This document shows positions 30,671 through 38,076 of a stretch of DNA of 38,076 nucleotides, in pieces (the stretch's first letter is position 1; each line of letters begins with the position of its first letter). The notes beneath the pieces were generated by a model. It did no database searches. It was not told where the DNA came from and was given only the letters and a program-made list of their open reading frames with translations. The DNA is taken from IMG/VR virus record IMGVR_UViG_3300022750_000008, positions 1 to 38,076 of that record; one strand, written 5' to 3'. The position numbers and the translations under genes were made by a program. This DNA is from a virus.

Positions 30671-31143
30671 TAGGGCGTAATATCGTCTTGGTCGCCAATA
30701 TAACCAGACCCCGTAATTGACACCGAGAAAGTTTCGTTATCATTGTTAGGTTGACTTTCATCGAATTGAGAAATCCTGCCTACACCAACTCTAGTAGACA
30801 ATTTAGCCATATCGAACAAAGCCCACCATCCTTGCTCATTGTCTCTAGCGATTTTGAACAATTGGTTATTCCCTAATCTTGTGTCGCCAACTCCTGGAAT
30901 TATTTTTTTACCAGAACCCGTCATGCTCCAATTCTGTAAACCACCTATGTTTTCGCCAAAATTACCAGCAGAACACTTAGAAGATGTATCAATATCAGCA
31001 CTTGATAAACTAAACCCGTTATCATCAAGACAAGCTAATAATTTGAAATTAGTAAAATCTAAATCAATTAGTTCTGTTTCTATTGGATCTACATTGTTGT
31101 AGTAAAGTAACGTGCCTTTACCATTGTAAAACTTATCTGCCAT
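30670..31143 (-). CDS. Major tail (tube) protein
   Basis: 157 aa with its own promoter and 3' hairpin. Positioned upstream of chaperones and tape measure; no sheath gene present. Confidence 0.7.
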   Translation of the reverse strand: MADKFYNGKGTLLYYNNVDPIETELIDLDFTNFKLLACLDDNGFSLSSADIDTSSKCSAGNFGENIGGLQNWSMTGSGKKIIPGVGDTRLGNNQLFKIARDNEQGWWALFDMAKLSTRVGVGRISQFDESQPNNDNETFSVSITGSGYIGDQDDITP

Positions 31144-31167
31144 TTTATGAGTATTTAATGTTTAGTT

Positions 31168-31199
31168 CAAATGTAACAAATGTATTACGATAATGCAAA
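31168..31199 (-). promoter_or_regulatory. Promoter of the major tail gene: -33 TTTG (31199-31196), 20-nt spacer, -7 TACATTTG (31175-31168), with a second tandem TACATTTG at 31184-31177
   Basis: Minus strand reads ATTTTGcattatcgtaaTACATTTGtTACATTTGaac. Confidence 0.55.
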
Positions 31200-31215
31200 A
31201 TATATTTTAATGGTG

Positions 31216-31223
31216 TAAGTTTG
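31216..31223 (+). promoter_or_regulatory. -7-type box TAAGTTTG, 4 nt upstream of ATG 31228
   Basis: gtgTAAGTTTGgggtATG on the plus strand, back-to-back with the major tail promoter. Confidence 0.4.
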
Positions 31224-31227
31224 GGGT

Positions 31228-31407
31228 ATGGAATTTACAGATGAACAAAAAGAAGATATAAGTAATATACTATCATCAAATGATATAGAATGGGAGGTTT
31301 GCTATAACAGCGATTGTTCTGGTAGCTCCACGCATTTTGAGTATGATGAAGTAATGAAAGCGATGGTTATATACGCAGAATTTATAAAGAATAAATCAAA
31401 TGATTAA
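31228..31407 (+). CDS. Hypothetical 59-aa acidic protein (island gene 1)
   Basis: ATG ORF MEFTDEQKEDISNILSSNDIEWEVCYNSDCSGSSTHFEYDEVMKAMVIYAEFIKNKSND, one residue below the ORF-track cutoff. Overlaps gene 2 by 8 nt. Confidence 0.5.
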   Translation: MEFTDEQKEDISNILSSNDIEWEVCYNSDCSGSSTHFEYDEVMKAMVIYAEFIKNKSND

Positions 31408-31621
31408 GGTAACTTTTAAAAAACCATATAGGATAATGCAAGATGATTTATATCAAGATTGTTTATTTATATTTTGTTATTCAATAAGCAAATGGATGCA
31501 AAATGGATTTGAATTTTGCGAAATAGACTTCAATAATATGGGGGATGGATATACTAGTTTAATTAGTATGCCTTTTGAAAACATCCAATCAATCGAACAC
31601 GTTAAACCAAATGATTTATGA
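31400..31621 (+). CDS. Hypothetical protein (island gene 2)
   Basis: 73-aa ORF with ATG start and an ATGA overlap with gene 3. Confidence 0.55.
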   Translation: MIKVTFKKPYRIMQDDLYQDCLFIFCYSISKWMQNGFEFCEIDFNNMGDGYTSLISMPFENIQSIEHVKPNDL

Positions 31622-31857
31622 GATACTTTAAAGTTAATTATTTAGCTTCACACGTTACAAGTGGATCGACTGTTAATGGTTCTTGTAGTATGACTTCTAA
31701 TGGTTTTTTAGTGCAAAGGCTAACAGTTGATGAAATATTGAGAATGAATAACCATAGTTTTAAAGATGTAGTTATTACAAATTGGATTGAATTATCATTA
31801 GAAGAATTTAATTGTTATTATGAAAGAAATGAAACTAACCCCACAACAACACCGTAA
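31618..31857 (+). CDS. Hypothetical protein (island gene 3)
   Basis: 79-aa ORF with ATG start. Confidence 0.55.
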   Translation: MRYFKVNYLASHVTSGSTVNGSCSMTSNGFLVQRLTVDEILRMNNHSFKDVVITNWIELSLEEFNCYYERNETNPTTTP

Positions 31858-32053
31858 TATTGCAAATGGTATGGATAGGATAAAGAAAGTGACAAATGAT
31901 GCTTATTTTATTTTAAATTATTATCCATTGGATATTAGCAGTTTTTATTCTAAAAGATTTAATAAAAATAAAATAGATTTTGAGCCTCTTATTTATGTTA
32001 AAAATTCTTTAATTAACACATCTTCTGAACCTCCAATATTAAAAGATAAATAA
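31820..32053 (+). CDS. Hypothetical protein (island gene 4)
   Basis: 77-aa ORF. Overlaps gene 3 by 38 nt and, in antisense, the 3' end of 31993..32205. Confidence 0.45.
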   Translation: MKEMKLTPQQHRNIANGMDRIKKVTNDAYFILNYYPLDISSFYSKRFNKNKIDFEPLIYVKNSLINTSSEPPILKDK

Positions 32054-32205
32054 GATTGTCTTAAATTGTTTTCATCCTCCTTCATCTCCTTAGACACCCA
32101 CTCCCTACGTTTCCATTCAGCCTGTGCCTTTTTCCAGGCGCACATCTTTGGATATATAGGGAATAGCTTTGATGCTTCTAGTTCCAGTTGGCTAATCGTT
32201 TTCAT
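31993..32205 (-). CDS. Hypothetical protein downstream of the tail-terminator-position gene
   Basis: 70-aa ORF with ATG start and a 14-nt overlap with the upstream gene. Confidence 0.5.
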   Translation of the reverse strand: MKTISQLELEASKLFPIYPKMCAWKKAQAEWKRREWVSKEMKEDENNLRQSYLSFNIGGSEDVLIKEFLT

Positions 32206-32611
32206 CTAATATAATCCTATAACGCATTAACTGTCGGTAAATCATTTCATCCTTATCTGAGCTATCTAAAGAAGTTGAGCTTTCTAATTGTATGTTGAAT
32301 ATTGAAAATCCTGTAACCAATAAGCCATCAATATTAGCAATTATACCCTCTTCAATATCGTTTACTTTTAATCTACTGCCCGTATTACCCGTTGCCGGAT
32401 ATCTCGTTACAATATCCAATAGCATAGTACAATCCCATTGACCTAAACATTTTGTTAACTGTGTATCAACTTTTGTTTGGGTGCTCAATAAAATATATTC
32501 CTTTGGATAAATACCTCCTGTTACATTCATATCCCAAATAGTGCTGATATTATTACTTTCCACCAATTCGGCAAAACCTTTTCTAATCCATTTATCGGGG
32601 TTCTTTATCAT
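32192..32611 (-). CDS. Tail terminator / tail completion protein (by position)
   Basis: 139 aa; fourth gene of the connector series between the capsid and the major tail gene. Confidence 0.5.
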   Translation of the reverse strand: MIKNPDKWIRKGFAELVESNNISTIWDMNVTGGIYPKEYILLSTQTKVDTQLTKCLGQWDCTMLLDIVTRYPATGNTGSRLKVNDIEEGIIANIDGLLVTGFSIFNIQLESSTSLDSSDKDEMIYRQLMRYRIILDEND

Positions 32612-33033
32612 TTCGTTATAAGTTCTAATTTCTTGCGCAATAAAGCTATGTATTTATCCCTATTCAAAACAAATGCAGGGTAAAGATATGCATGCGCCCT
32701 TAAAGTTCCTTTTCCATTTTTATAGAAAGTCCATGCCATATTTTTCCACTCTGGAGCAACACTAACAAATGCTCCTGTTCCAAATTCTATATAAGCCCCC
32801 AATGGCAAAAGGTTCTGACTTACCCTAGTTCCAAAACCATTGTCTATAACCTCGCTATTTATCCGCTGTTTAAGTTCTACAGGAGCATTAGCAATTCCAG
32901 ATGCATTAATCTTGGCATCAGCCTCTATATCCCTGCCTAAAGCTTCGGTTTCATCTTTAACAAACTGCTCCATTTCCCTGCTTATAGATATAAGTTTAGC
33001 CTGTAGTTGCCCTATGCCTAAAAACCTGTTCAT
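32608..33033 (-). CDS. HK97 gp10-like tail-attachment protein (by position and size)
   Basis: 141 aa with 4-nt overlaps on both sides. Confidence 0.5.
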   Translation of the reverse strand: MNRFLGIGQLQAKLISISREMEQFVKDETEALGRDIEADAKINASGIANAPVELKQRINSEVIDNGFGTRVSQNLLPLGAYIEFGTGAFVSVAPEWKNMAWTFYKNGKGTLRAHAYLYPAFVLNRDKYIALLRKKLELITK

Positions 33034-33362
33034 TTATCTTCCTTTGAGCAAAATATATCCATTTCAATATACTTTTCGTCAACGTTTCTAATGCCTAATA
33101 TTGTATAGCTATTACCTTTGTATTTTAAGCTCATTGTTCTGCCTGTATAAGGGTAATCGTTCCTAAACCTAACACGGAATAGAACAGGATCGTTAAACTC
33201 TTGAAGTCCAAAATCTTTAGCCTTATATCCTACACCATTTGTTTCTAATTTAGCCCAAGAACTGAACATTAAAATAGGCGTAGCGATATGACCACCAAAA
33301 CCATCTGGAGCAGACGTAATTTCGTAAACATCAATTCGTTTTGTATATTCTCTTGCTATCAT
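33030..33362 (-). CDS. Head closure / head-tail adaptor protein
   Basis: 110 aa. The pattern RIDVYE...APDGFGG...WAKLE...FRVRFRND...YKGNSYTILGI resembles head-tail joining proteins. Confidence 0.65.
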   Translation of the reverse strand: MIAREYTKRIDVYEITSAPDGFGGHIATPILMFSSWAKLETNGVGYKAKDFGLQEFNDPVLFRVRFRNDYPYTGRTMSLKYKGNSYTILGIRNVDEKYIEMDIFCSKEDK

Positions 33363-33841
33363 TATACAAACCTCCTATAGGTATCTAGTACTTGTCTAGT
33401 TGCCATCGGTATAATCTGGCCGTTTACCTCTTTCTGGCTTTCGTAATACCAAACTTTTATTATTTGTAAAGCTGATTGGATAAAATCATCTGGTACATCT
33501 GAAACCTCTAAATAACCAGCGTTATACGTAGTTAATACAGGAGGGTTATAACTTCCATAAGGCCCATATAACTTATCATAGTTCCTTTGGTAGTAATTAT
33601 CAAAGTCAAAATCACTATCCCCATCAATAGCTGTTATTGGATAGTTATAAATCTTTGGCGGAACATATTGAGTAAACTCCCTATTGATAAATATATGATT
33701 TGTATATCTTTCCATAAAAAGAAAAGCACCTTTAATCATTGAGGTAATATCAATATCATCCTCTGTTAAAGTATCGTCTATCCTTAGATAGTTCTTAGCC
33801 CTTGAAAGACTTATAATATCTGTGTATGCTGTAATTGGCAT
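33362..33841 (-). CDS. Head-tail connector protein (gp6-like)
   Basis: 159 aa from ATG 33841. ISLSRAKNYLRIDDTLTEDDIDITSMIKGAFLFMERYTN is typical of gp6-like connectors. The tracked ORF is extended 20 codons upstream. Confidence 0.7.
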   Translation of the reverse strand: MPITAYTDIISLSRAKNYLRIDDTLTEDDIDITSMIKGAFLFMERYTNHIFINREFTQYVPPKIYNYPITAIDGDSDFDFDNYYQRNYDKLYGPYGSYNPPVLTTYNAGYLEVSDVPDDFIQSALQIIKVWYYESQKEVNGQIIPMATRQVLDTYRRFV

Positions 33842-33842
33842 A

Positions 33843-33989
33843 TTATTTCTTATCAGACTTAGGTTTATCTTTTTTAACGTACATTTTAGCAGCTTTAGCA
33901 AGAATAAGGTAATTTCCTCTTTCCTGTGTTACTTCTATAACATCGCCAACCTTGTTGGTTAAATGTTGTTTTAGGAATTGTACTTTCAT
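33843..33989 (-). CDS. Unannotated 48-aa protein between the capsid and connector genes
   Basis: ATG ORF MKVQFLKQHLTNKVGDVIEVTQERGNYLILAKAAKMYVKKDKPKSDKK, preceded by a -7 box. Its TAA lies 1 nt before the connector ATG (TAATATG). Confidence 0.5.
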   Translation of the reverse strand: MKVQFLKQHLTNKVGDVIEVTQERGNYLILAKAAKMYVKKDKPKSDKK

Positions 33990-33995
33990 ATTATT

Positions 33996-34003
33996 CAAAT
34001 ATA
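33996..34003 (-). promoter_or_regulatory. -7-type box TATATTTG, 6 nt upstream of ATG 33989
   Basis: Minus strand reads TTTTTTTATATATTTGaataatATG. Confidence 0.4.
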
Positions 34004-34036
34004 TAAAAAAAGCGTTACAAATTAATGCAACGCTTT
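34004..34036 (-). terminator. Rho-independent-type terminator after the major capsid gene
   Basis: Minus strand reads AAAGCGTTgcattaatttgtAACGCTTTTTTTT, 25 nt after the capsid stop. Confidence 0.7.
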
Positions 34037-34060
34037 CTATTATTAATTTTAACCTATTTT

Positions 34061-35305
34061 TTAAGGCTCTGGAGTGTATGTGGTAGCTCCCTTAATAAAG
34101 AAGTCTGGACCATAAACAGGTAGAGCATAATTACCCTCGATACGAACGGTAACCTTGTTTTCTCTTACGTTTGTTCCATCTTGATCGAAGAACTCAATTC
34201 TCATGCCTTCCTGAGTTAACAATTGAGCACCCATTTCGAAATCACCTACTACATAATCAGGAGCGGTAATTGCTGTAGATGCCCAAACAGGAATGCCAAA
34301 TAATCTCATTACTCCACCTTCAAATGTTACGCCCATTGGCAAATCGTATTCACCAGATCCGGCAGCTTTGTTTTTGAAGAAAGAATAATAATCAACAGGA
34401 CGTAATAAAATGTCTGTTGTGTTTCTTTCGTAAGTATCTTCCAGAACTGAAATATCAGTAATCAATTTTTCAATCAATACTTCACTTGCAGCAGCGGTAG
34501 ATGCAACGAAGTTACCCGAAGTTAAAATACCTTTAATTTGTGGAGTTGTACCTGTTCCATATAAAATCTGCTGATCTAAAACGTTTCTGAATTTTTGAGG
34601 TAAACGAGCTTGTAAGAACGAAATAAATCCAGGGATATTATTCATTGCCTTACGAGTTACCCTCATCCAACCTGCGATAGTCTCTACGTTAACTGTAGCT
34701 TCTACCAAATCCAAATCAAACTGAGGTTTTAAAGCTCCTTCAGCAACAGGCGCAATATTACCTTCTCCAACTCCATTTTCACGCATGAAAGTAAAGGTAT
34801 TACCTGGACCAATTGTACCACCTGGTAAAATTTGGTCTAAATGTACTTTACGGTCTGGATTTCTTCTAATTTCTGGAGAAAATATTTGACCGTAACGACT
34901 ACCACCAGTAACGTTAGCTGTAGACATATCGCCAACCGCTTTTAATTCGATTGAAAGTTCTTTTTTCTCTTTACGTTCGAATTTAGCTAATTCATCAGTT
35001 GCCTCATAAAGAGCATCACCAATAACCTGAGCAAATGATTTTTCTTCTTGCTTTGGAGTTGTAATGGTTACACGTTCTGCAAGTTTAGCATCCAACTTGT
35101 CTGCGTGGTCTTGAACTTTAGAAATCTGAGACTTAAATTCTGTCTCTAATCCTTCTTTCATTGATTTTACTTCTTCAGCAAAAAGCCCTTTTGCTTTAGT
35201 TTCAAATTCTGCAATATCCTTTGTAAATTGCTCTTTGCTTTTTACTTCAAAAGACTTTTCTAAATCAGCCTTTAATTGCCCTAATTCTTTTTGTAAATCT
35301 TCCAT
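34061..35305 (-). CDS. Major capsid protein, HK97 fold
   Basis: 414 aa. A ~100-aa charged coiled-coil N-terminal delta-like region is followed by a capsid-like body. Lies directly downstream of the prohead protease. Confidence 0.85.
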   Translation of the reverse strand: MEDLQKELGQLKADLEKSFEVKSKEQFTKDIAEFETKAKGLFAEEVKSMKEGLETEFKSQISKVQDHADKLDAKLAERVTITTPKQEEKSFAQVIGDALYEATDELAKFERKEKKELSIELKAVGDMSTANVTGGSRYGQIFSPEIRRNPDRKVHLDQILPGGTIGPGNTFTFMRENGVGEGNIAPVAEGALKPQFDLDLVEATVNVETIAGWMRVTRKAMNNIPGFISFLQARLPQKFRNVLDQQILYGTGTTPQIKGILTSGNFVASTAAASEVLIEKLITDISVLEDTYERNTTDILLRPVDYYSFFKNKAAGSGEYDLPMGVTFEGGVMRLFGIPVWASTAITAPDYVVGDFEMGAQLLTQEGMRIEFFDQDGTNVRENKVTVRIEGNYALPVYGPDFFIKGATTYTPEP

Positions 35306-35313
35306 CTTTGTGG

Positions 35314-36012
35314 TTAATTTGTTAATGAGTTTCTAAATGATTTAATTATCTCTATTTGGTTAATCGGCTCATTAACAAGAGTGGATTTAACTTCCGGCTC
35401 TTCGAGTGATTGCTTCCCTAATTCATATGAGTAAGACTGTAATTGCTTAAGCCCTATTTCTAATTGTATAAAAGCTTCATCAGTTACATTACCTGTTCTG
35501 ATAAAAGAAATTATCTTGCTTATCTGTTCGTTGCATTTTGGCAAAGTCATTGACTTAAAACCAGAAAACTTAGCATTCGGGTTCATTCCTAATGTAACAT
35601 TACTGCCTTCGTTTATTCTCAATTCTTTTAAATAACGAATACCTGATTTCGTTTCTTTCTTTACTGCCTGGAAACCTATTGATTGCTCGTCAATAACCCC
35701 AGCGTCATAAAGCCTTAAAACATCCATTGAGTAAGACACACCGTCAATCATCTTAACTTCAAAGTAAAGACCTTTATCGTCCTCTTTTAATGTTGTGAAA
35801 CGATTGTGGACCTGCTTCCAATCATGGTTATTTAAAAATCTAAGATTTTTTTGGTTTTCTGTTATTGTTTTTGAAAAAGCTCCTCTCTCAATAACGTCAT
35901 TATTATAATCAACAGATCCAAAATGAGCCAAATAACCTGTAATAGTTCTATCGGCTAACGAAACATCCTTAACCGAACCTATGTTATCTTTTTCCTCTAA
36001 CAGTCCTATCAT
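35314..36012 (-). CDS. Prohead protease, HK97 family (S78)
   Basis: 232 aa. ITGYLAHFGSVDYNNDVIERGAFSKTI...LRFLNNHD matches the HK97 protease N-terminal pattern. Lies between the head-morphogenesis and capsid genes. Confidence 0.8.
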   Translation of the reverse strand: MIGLLEEKDNIGSVKDVSLADRTITGYLAHFGSVDYNNDVIERGAFSKTITENQKNLRFLNNHDWKQVHNRFTTLKEDDKGLYFEVKMIDGVSYSMDVLRLYDAGVIDEQSIGFQAVKKETKSGIRYLKELRINEGSNVTLGMNPNAKFSGFKSMTLPKCNEQISKIISFIRTGNVTDEAFIQLEIGLKQLQSYSYELGKQSLEEPEVKSTLVNEPINQIEIIKSFRNSLTN

Positions 36013-36028
36013 CGTAACTTATTTGATA

Positions 36029-36036
36029 CAAATATA
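36029..36036 (-). promoter_or_regulatory. -7-type box TATATTTG, 16 nt upstream of the protease ATG (a TTTG lies 17 nt further upstream)
   Basis: Minus strand reads ATTTTGtatttacgataaattgtTATATTTGtatc. Confidence 0.4.
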
Positions 36037-36097
36037 ACAATTTATCGTAAATACAAAATTTATTTTTACCTTAGTTCTTGAGAGCGTTAATTTAGAT

Positions 36098-36131
36098 AAC
36101 CGAACTTACAGGATTTTAGTTCGGTTTTTTT
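36098..36131. terminator. Stem-loop AACCGAACT-N11-AGTTCGGTT abutting the stop of the head-morphogenesis gene
   Basis: 9-bp inverted repeat. The T7 run lies on the plus strand and an A-run precedes the hairpin on the minus strand. Confidence 0.5.
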
Positions 36132-36942
36132 ATCTTCTAATCACAAATCCGTCTTTATCTCTTTTAGGGCGTAAAGCGAAACAGCAGCGACAATTAATTA
36201 TATCTCCGGCACTTCCATTAGGCGCACCCGGATATTGTATCTTATCTTCTATGCCATTTCTTGAACGCAGAATAAAATCTTCATATTGACCTACAACTTT
36301 ATTATCCATAACACGATGGTCGAACTGATCTTCTGGTTTAAACCTTGTTCTGCTATCCTTAGTAGAAATCCAAACCTTATCTAAAACAATACCGCTCTGC
36401 TCGCCACTTACCATTGCACCGTGATTAGCTGCTCCTGTAGTTTCGGTTCTTACAATTCGATTAAGTTCATATTTTGTTAATACACCTTTATCTAAATTGC
36501 GTTGCAAAAAAATACGCATCTGCTCATTTGTTAGGTTGTTTTCTAAAGCTGTTTCGATTAGTGCTGCTATTTTTTTTTGTATCGTGTCTAAAACAGATGT
36601 AATCCTAAGACCGCAATTTTCGGCAATCCATTCTAATATGTTGTTCTGAAATAATCTGCTGAATAAAGGTCTTGAATATTCTTTTACTTCGGCATTAATA
36701 CCACGACCTACACGACTACCATGAAGCAAACCTATTTCTGTATAAACAGTATTATAAGCATCAACTATTGGCGTTGTATTAATATTTAGCTCAATAACCG
36801 CTTTGTAGTTTTCATAAGTAATATTGCCTATTGGAATACGCGCCAATAAAGTTAATATAGCACGTCTAAAGTATTTTCTTGAACGGCTTTCATATCCTTC
36901 ATGCCATTTAAGCCATTGTGATAAATATTCTACGTTATTCAA
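36130..36942 (-). CDS. Head morphogenesis protein (Mu F / SPP1 gp7 family)
   Basis: 270 aa with the C-terminal DIINCRCCF motif (NCRC signature). Directly downstream of portal. Only a TTG start is available (36942); the first internal ATG is about 140 codons in. Confidence 0.8.
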   Translation of the reverse strand: MNNVEYLSQWLKWHEGYESRSRKYFRRAILTLLARIPIGNITYENYKAVIELNINTTPIVDAYNTVYTEIGLLHGSRVGRGINAEVKEYSRPLFSRLFQNNILEWIAENCGLRITSVLDTIQKKIAALIETALENNLTNEQMRIFLQRNLDKGVLTKYELNRIVRTETTGAANHGAMVSGEQSGIVLDKVWISTKDSRTRFKPEDQFDHRVMDNKVVGQYEDFILRSRNGIEDKIQYPGAPNGSAGDIINCRCCFALRPKRDKDGFVIRR

Positions 36943-38076
36943 GATTAAAACTATTTAAAGTTGTTGTGTCTGCTAATATAGCATCTTCCAAAGTAATAAG
37001 CCCCGACTTCATAAAATGAGTGTTCATCTCTGGAGTATCAATATCTGAGTATTTTAAAGCAACCCTAAATTCACGAGGCGTAATAGCTCCATTATCTAAA
37101 GCGGTAGAAAGCCAGGTAACAAGTTGGCTCATATCATTCTGCATCTCTGGTAATTCAGAAATATCAAATGTTATATGAACTGTTCCAAGTTCTTCAAATT
37201 TAGGGTAATACTTTTCATTCAATCCATCTTCGTAAATCTTAAGGTCTGGAGCTATACGGTTCGATATTGCCATTCTCCAAACAGCATCAAGATTATCATA
37301 TTTTGCACCGCCTTCATTGTTCAATAAAAGGTCACTCCATCCTAAGTTGTTACATATAGCTTTTTGGCTTGACTTAAGGTAATCGAACGGCAAAAGCTTA
37401 TCGGTATCAACGCTAACCTGAGTAAAGCCCAAAGGAGCAGATGCGCCAGCAATACGCCCTAATATTTCTGCGCTTGATTTCATCTCTACAAGCCTTTGCT
37501 TTAAATCATCTGCCTGTGCCTGTGTTAAAGGAGTTTGACCGTCCTTAGCATGGATAAAGCCATAAACACCACCACTTTGCATTGTTCCAATATTATTTTC
37601 CTTTGTAACGTTAGATGTCTGAATATCCATTAAAGCAGAACGCAAAGGAGATTGGCCGTAAAGGTGTGAACCGCTTAAATCATAGTTTGGGTTTGGAAAC
37701 TTAGAGTGTATTACATCTTCTTCTTTAAACTCCGCAAAACGATCCCCAATAACTAAAATATAATGAGATACAGGGCTTTCCATCGTTTCAAACTGCGCAT
37801 TTTCTTTAAGAACAATCTGCACAAGGTGAGATGGCAATAAGAACCTTGACAAAGGCTTACCCTCGTTAAGCCCTGCAGATGGTCTGAACATCCATTGATA
37901 AGCGTTACCGTTCAACAACATGAATGTTTCCCAAAGTTCCTTATATTCTGTATCTGATTGGTAGTAGTTCGGTCTTTCTAAAGGCTCTTCTATTTCTTCA
38001 TTAGAATATGCTTTTGTTTCCAAAATACGTTTTCTAGCTAAAGAAGCTACATCTAATTGCTTGGTATAAAGTTGTT
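36935..38076 (-). CDS. Portal protein, C-terminal segment (N-terminus is at 410..1; 37950..38076 duplicates 1..127)
   Basis: Tracked ORF 36935..38023 begins at an internal TTG; the frame is open to the window end and continues at nt 410..1. Confidence 0.9.
   Translation of the reverse strand, partial: QLYTKQLDVASLARKRILETKAYSNEEIEEPLERPNYYQSDTEYKELWETFMLLNGNAYQWMFRPSAGLNEGKPLSRFLLPSHLVQIVLKENAQFETMESPVSHYILVIGDRFAEFKEEDVIHSKFPNPNYDLSGSHLYGQSPLRSALMDIQTSNVTKENNIGTMQSGGVYGFIHAKDGQTPLTQAQADDLKQRLVEMKSSAEILGRIAGASAPLGFTQVSVDTDKLLPFDYLKSSQKAICNNLGWSDLLLNNEGGAKYDNLDAVWRMAISNRIAPDLKIYEDGLNEKYYPKFEELGTVHITFDISELPEMQNDMSQLVTWLSTALDNGAITPREFRVALKYSDIDTPEMNTHFMKSGLITLEDAILADTTTLNSFNLE
37950..38076. repeat. 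Terminal direct repeat copy 2 (identical to 1..127)
   Basis: Exact 127-nt identity with the window start. Confidence 0.95.

Noticed and set aside
33842-33901. N-terminal 20 codons of tracked ORF 33362..33901
   Set aside because: They overlap the 48-aa ORF. The conserved connector sequence starts at MPITAYTD (ATG 33841).
1-38076. Search for CRISPR arrays, tRNA genes, integrase/excisionase, transposase or IS ends, and toxin-antitoxin pairs
   Set aside because: No regularly spaced direct repeats or cloverleaf-capable segments appear in the gaps. No tyrosine- or serine-recombinase-like or transposase-like ORF is present in the six-frame track, and I recognised no toxin-antitoxin pair.

Overview
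The window is an essentially complete tailed-phage genome. Its first 127 nt recur exactly as its last 127 nt, so it is a circularly closed assembly of about 37,949 bp that was linearised inside the portal gene. Nearly everything is transcribed on the minus strand as one long series. Early and DNA-metabolism genes run 13651->2105: YopX, two short C5-cytosine-methyltransferase-like genes, a PD-(D/E)XK exonuclease with a putative annealing protein, HTH proteins, Dam methyltransferase, a replisome-organiser-like protein and a DUF1064 nuclease. Next come small and large terminase, portal (across the junction), a Mu-F/SPP1-gp7-like head protein, HK97-type prohead protease and major capsid protein, and connector proteins. 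These are followed by the major tail protein, a tail-chaperone pair joined by a -1 frameshift, the tape measure and two very large distal-tail/fibre proteins. The series ends with an accessory membrane-protein cassette, a second SGNH esterase and an M15 endolysin/holin cassette (17985->16830). No sheath gene is present, so the tail is siphovirus-type. Three plus-strand insertions interrupt this: a nine-gene small-ORF module (13795-16726), a lone YopX paralogue between tape measure and distal tail genes (27153-27566), and a very AT-rich four-gene island between the tail terminator and the major tail gene (31228-32053). I found no integrase, CI/S24-type repressor, tRNA, CRISPR array, polymerase or helicase. 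Start codons lack Shine-Dalgarno sequences, and TTTG-N19-21-TAnnTTTG promoters recur; both point to a Bacteroidota host, as does an AQQ-type signal peptide. The best candidates for undescribed biology are the antisense AT-rich island, a signal-peptide-bearing paralogue of the fibre tip followed by a Cys-rich protein and three membrane proteins, and a methyltransferase / micro-membrane-protein / methyltransferase unit coupled by ATGA overlaps. A set of promoter -7 boxes lying 3-6 nt from ATG codons also implies leaderless transcripts. All functional calls rest on motifs read by eye and on gene order; no database search was possible.
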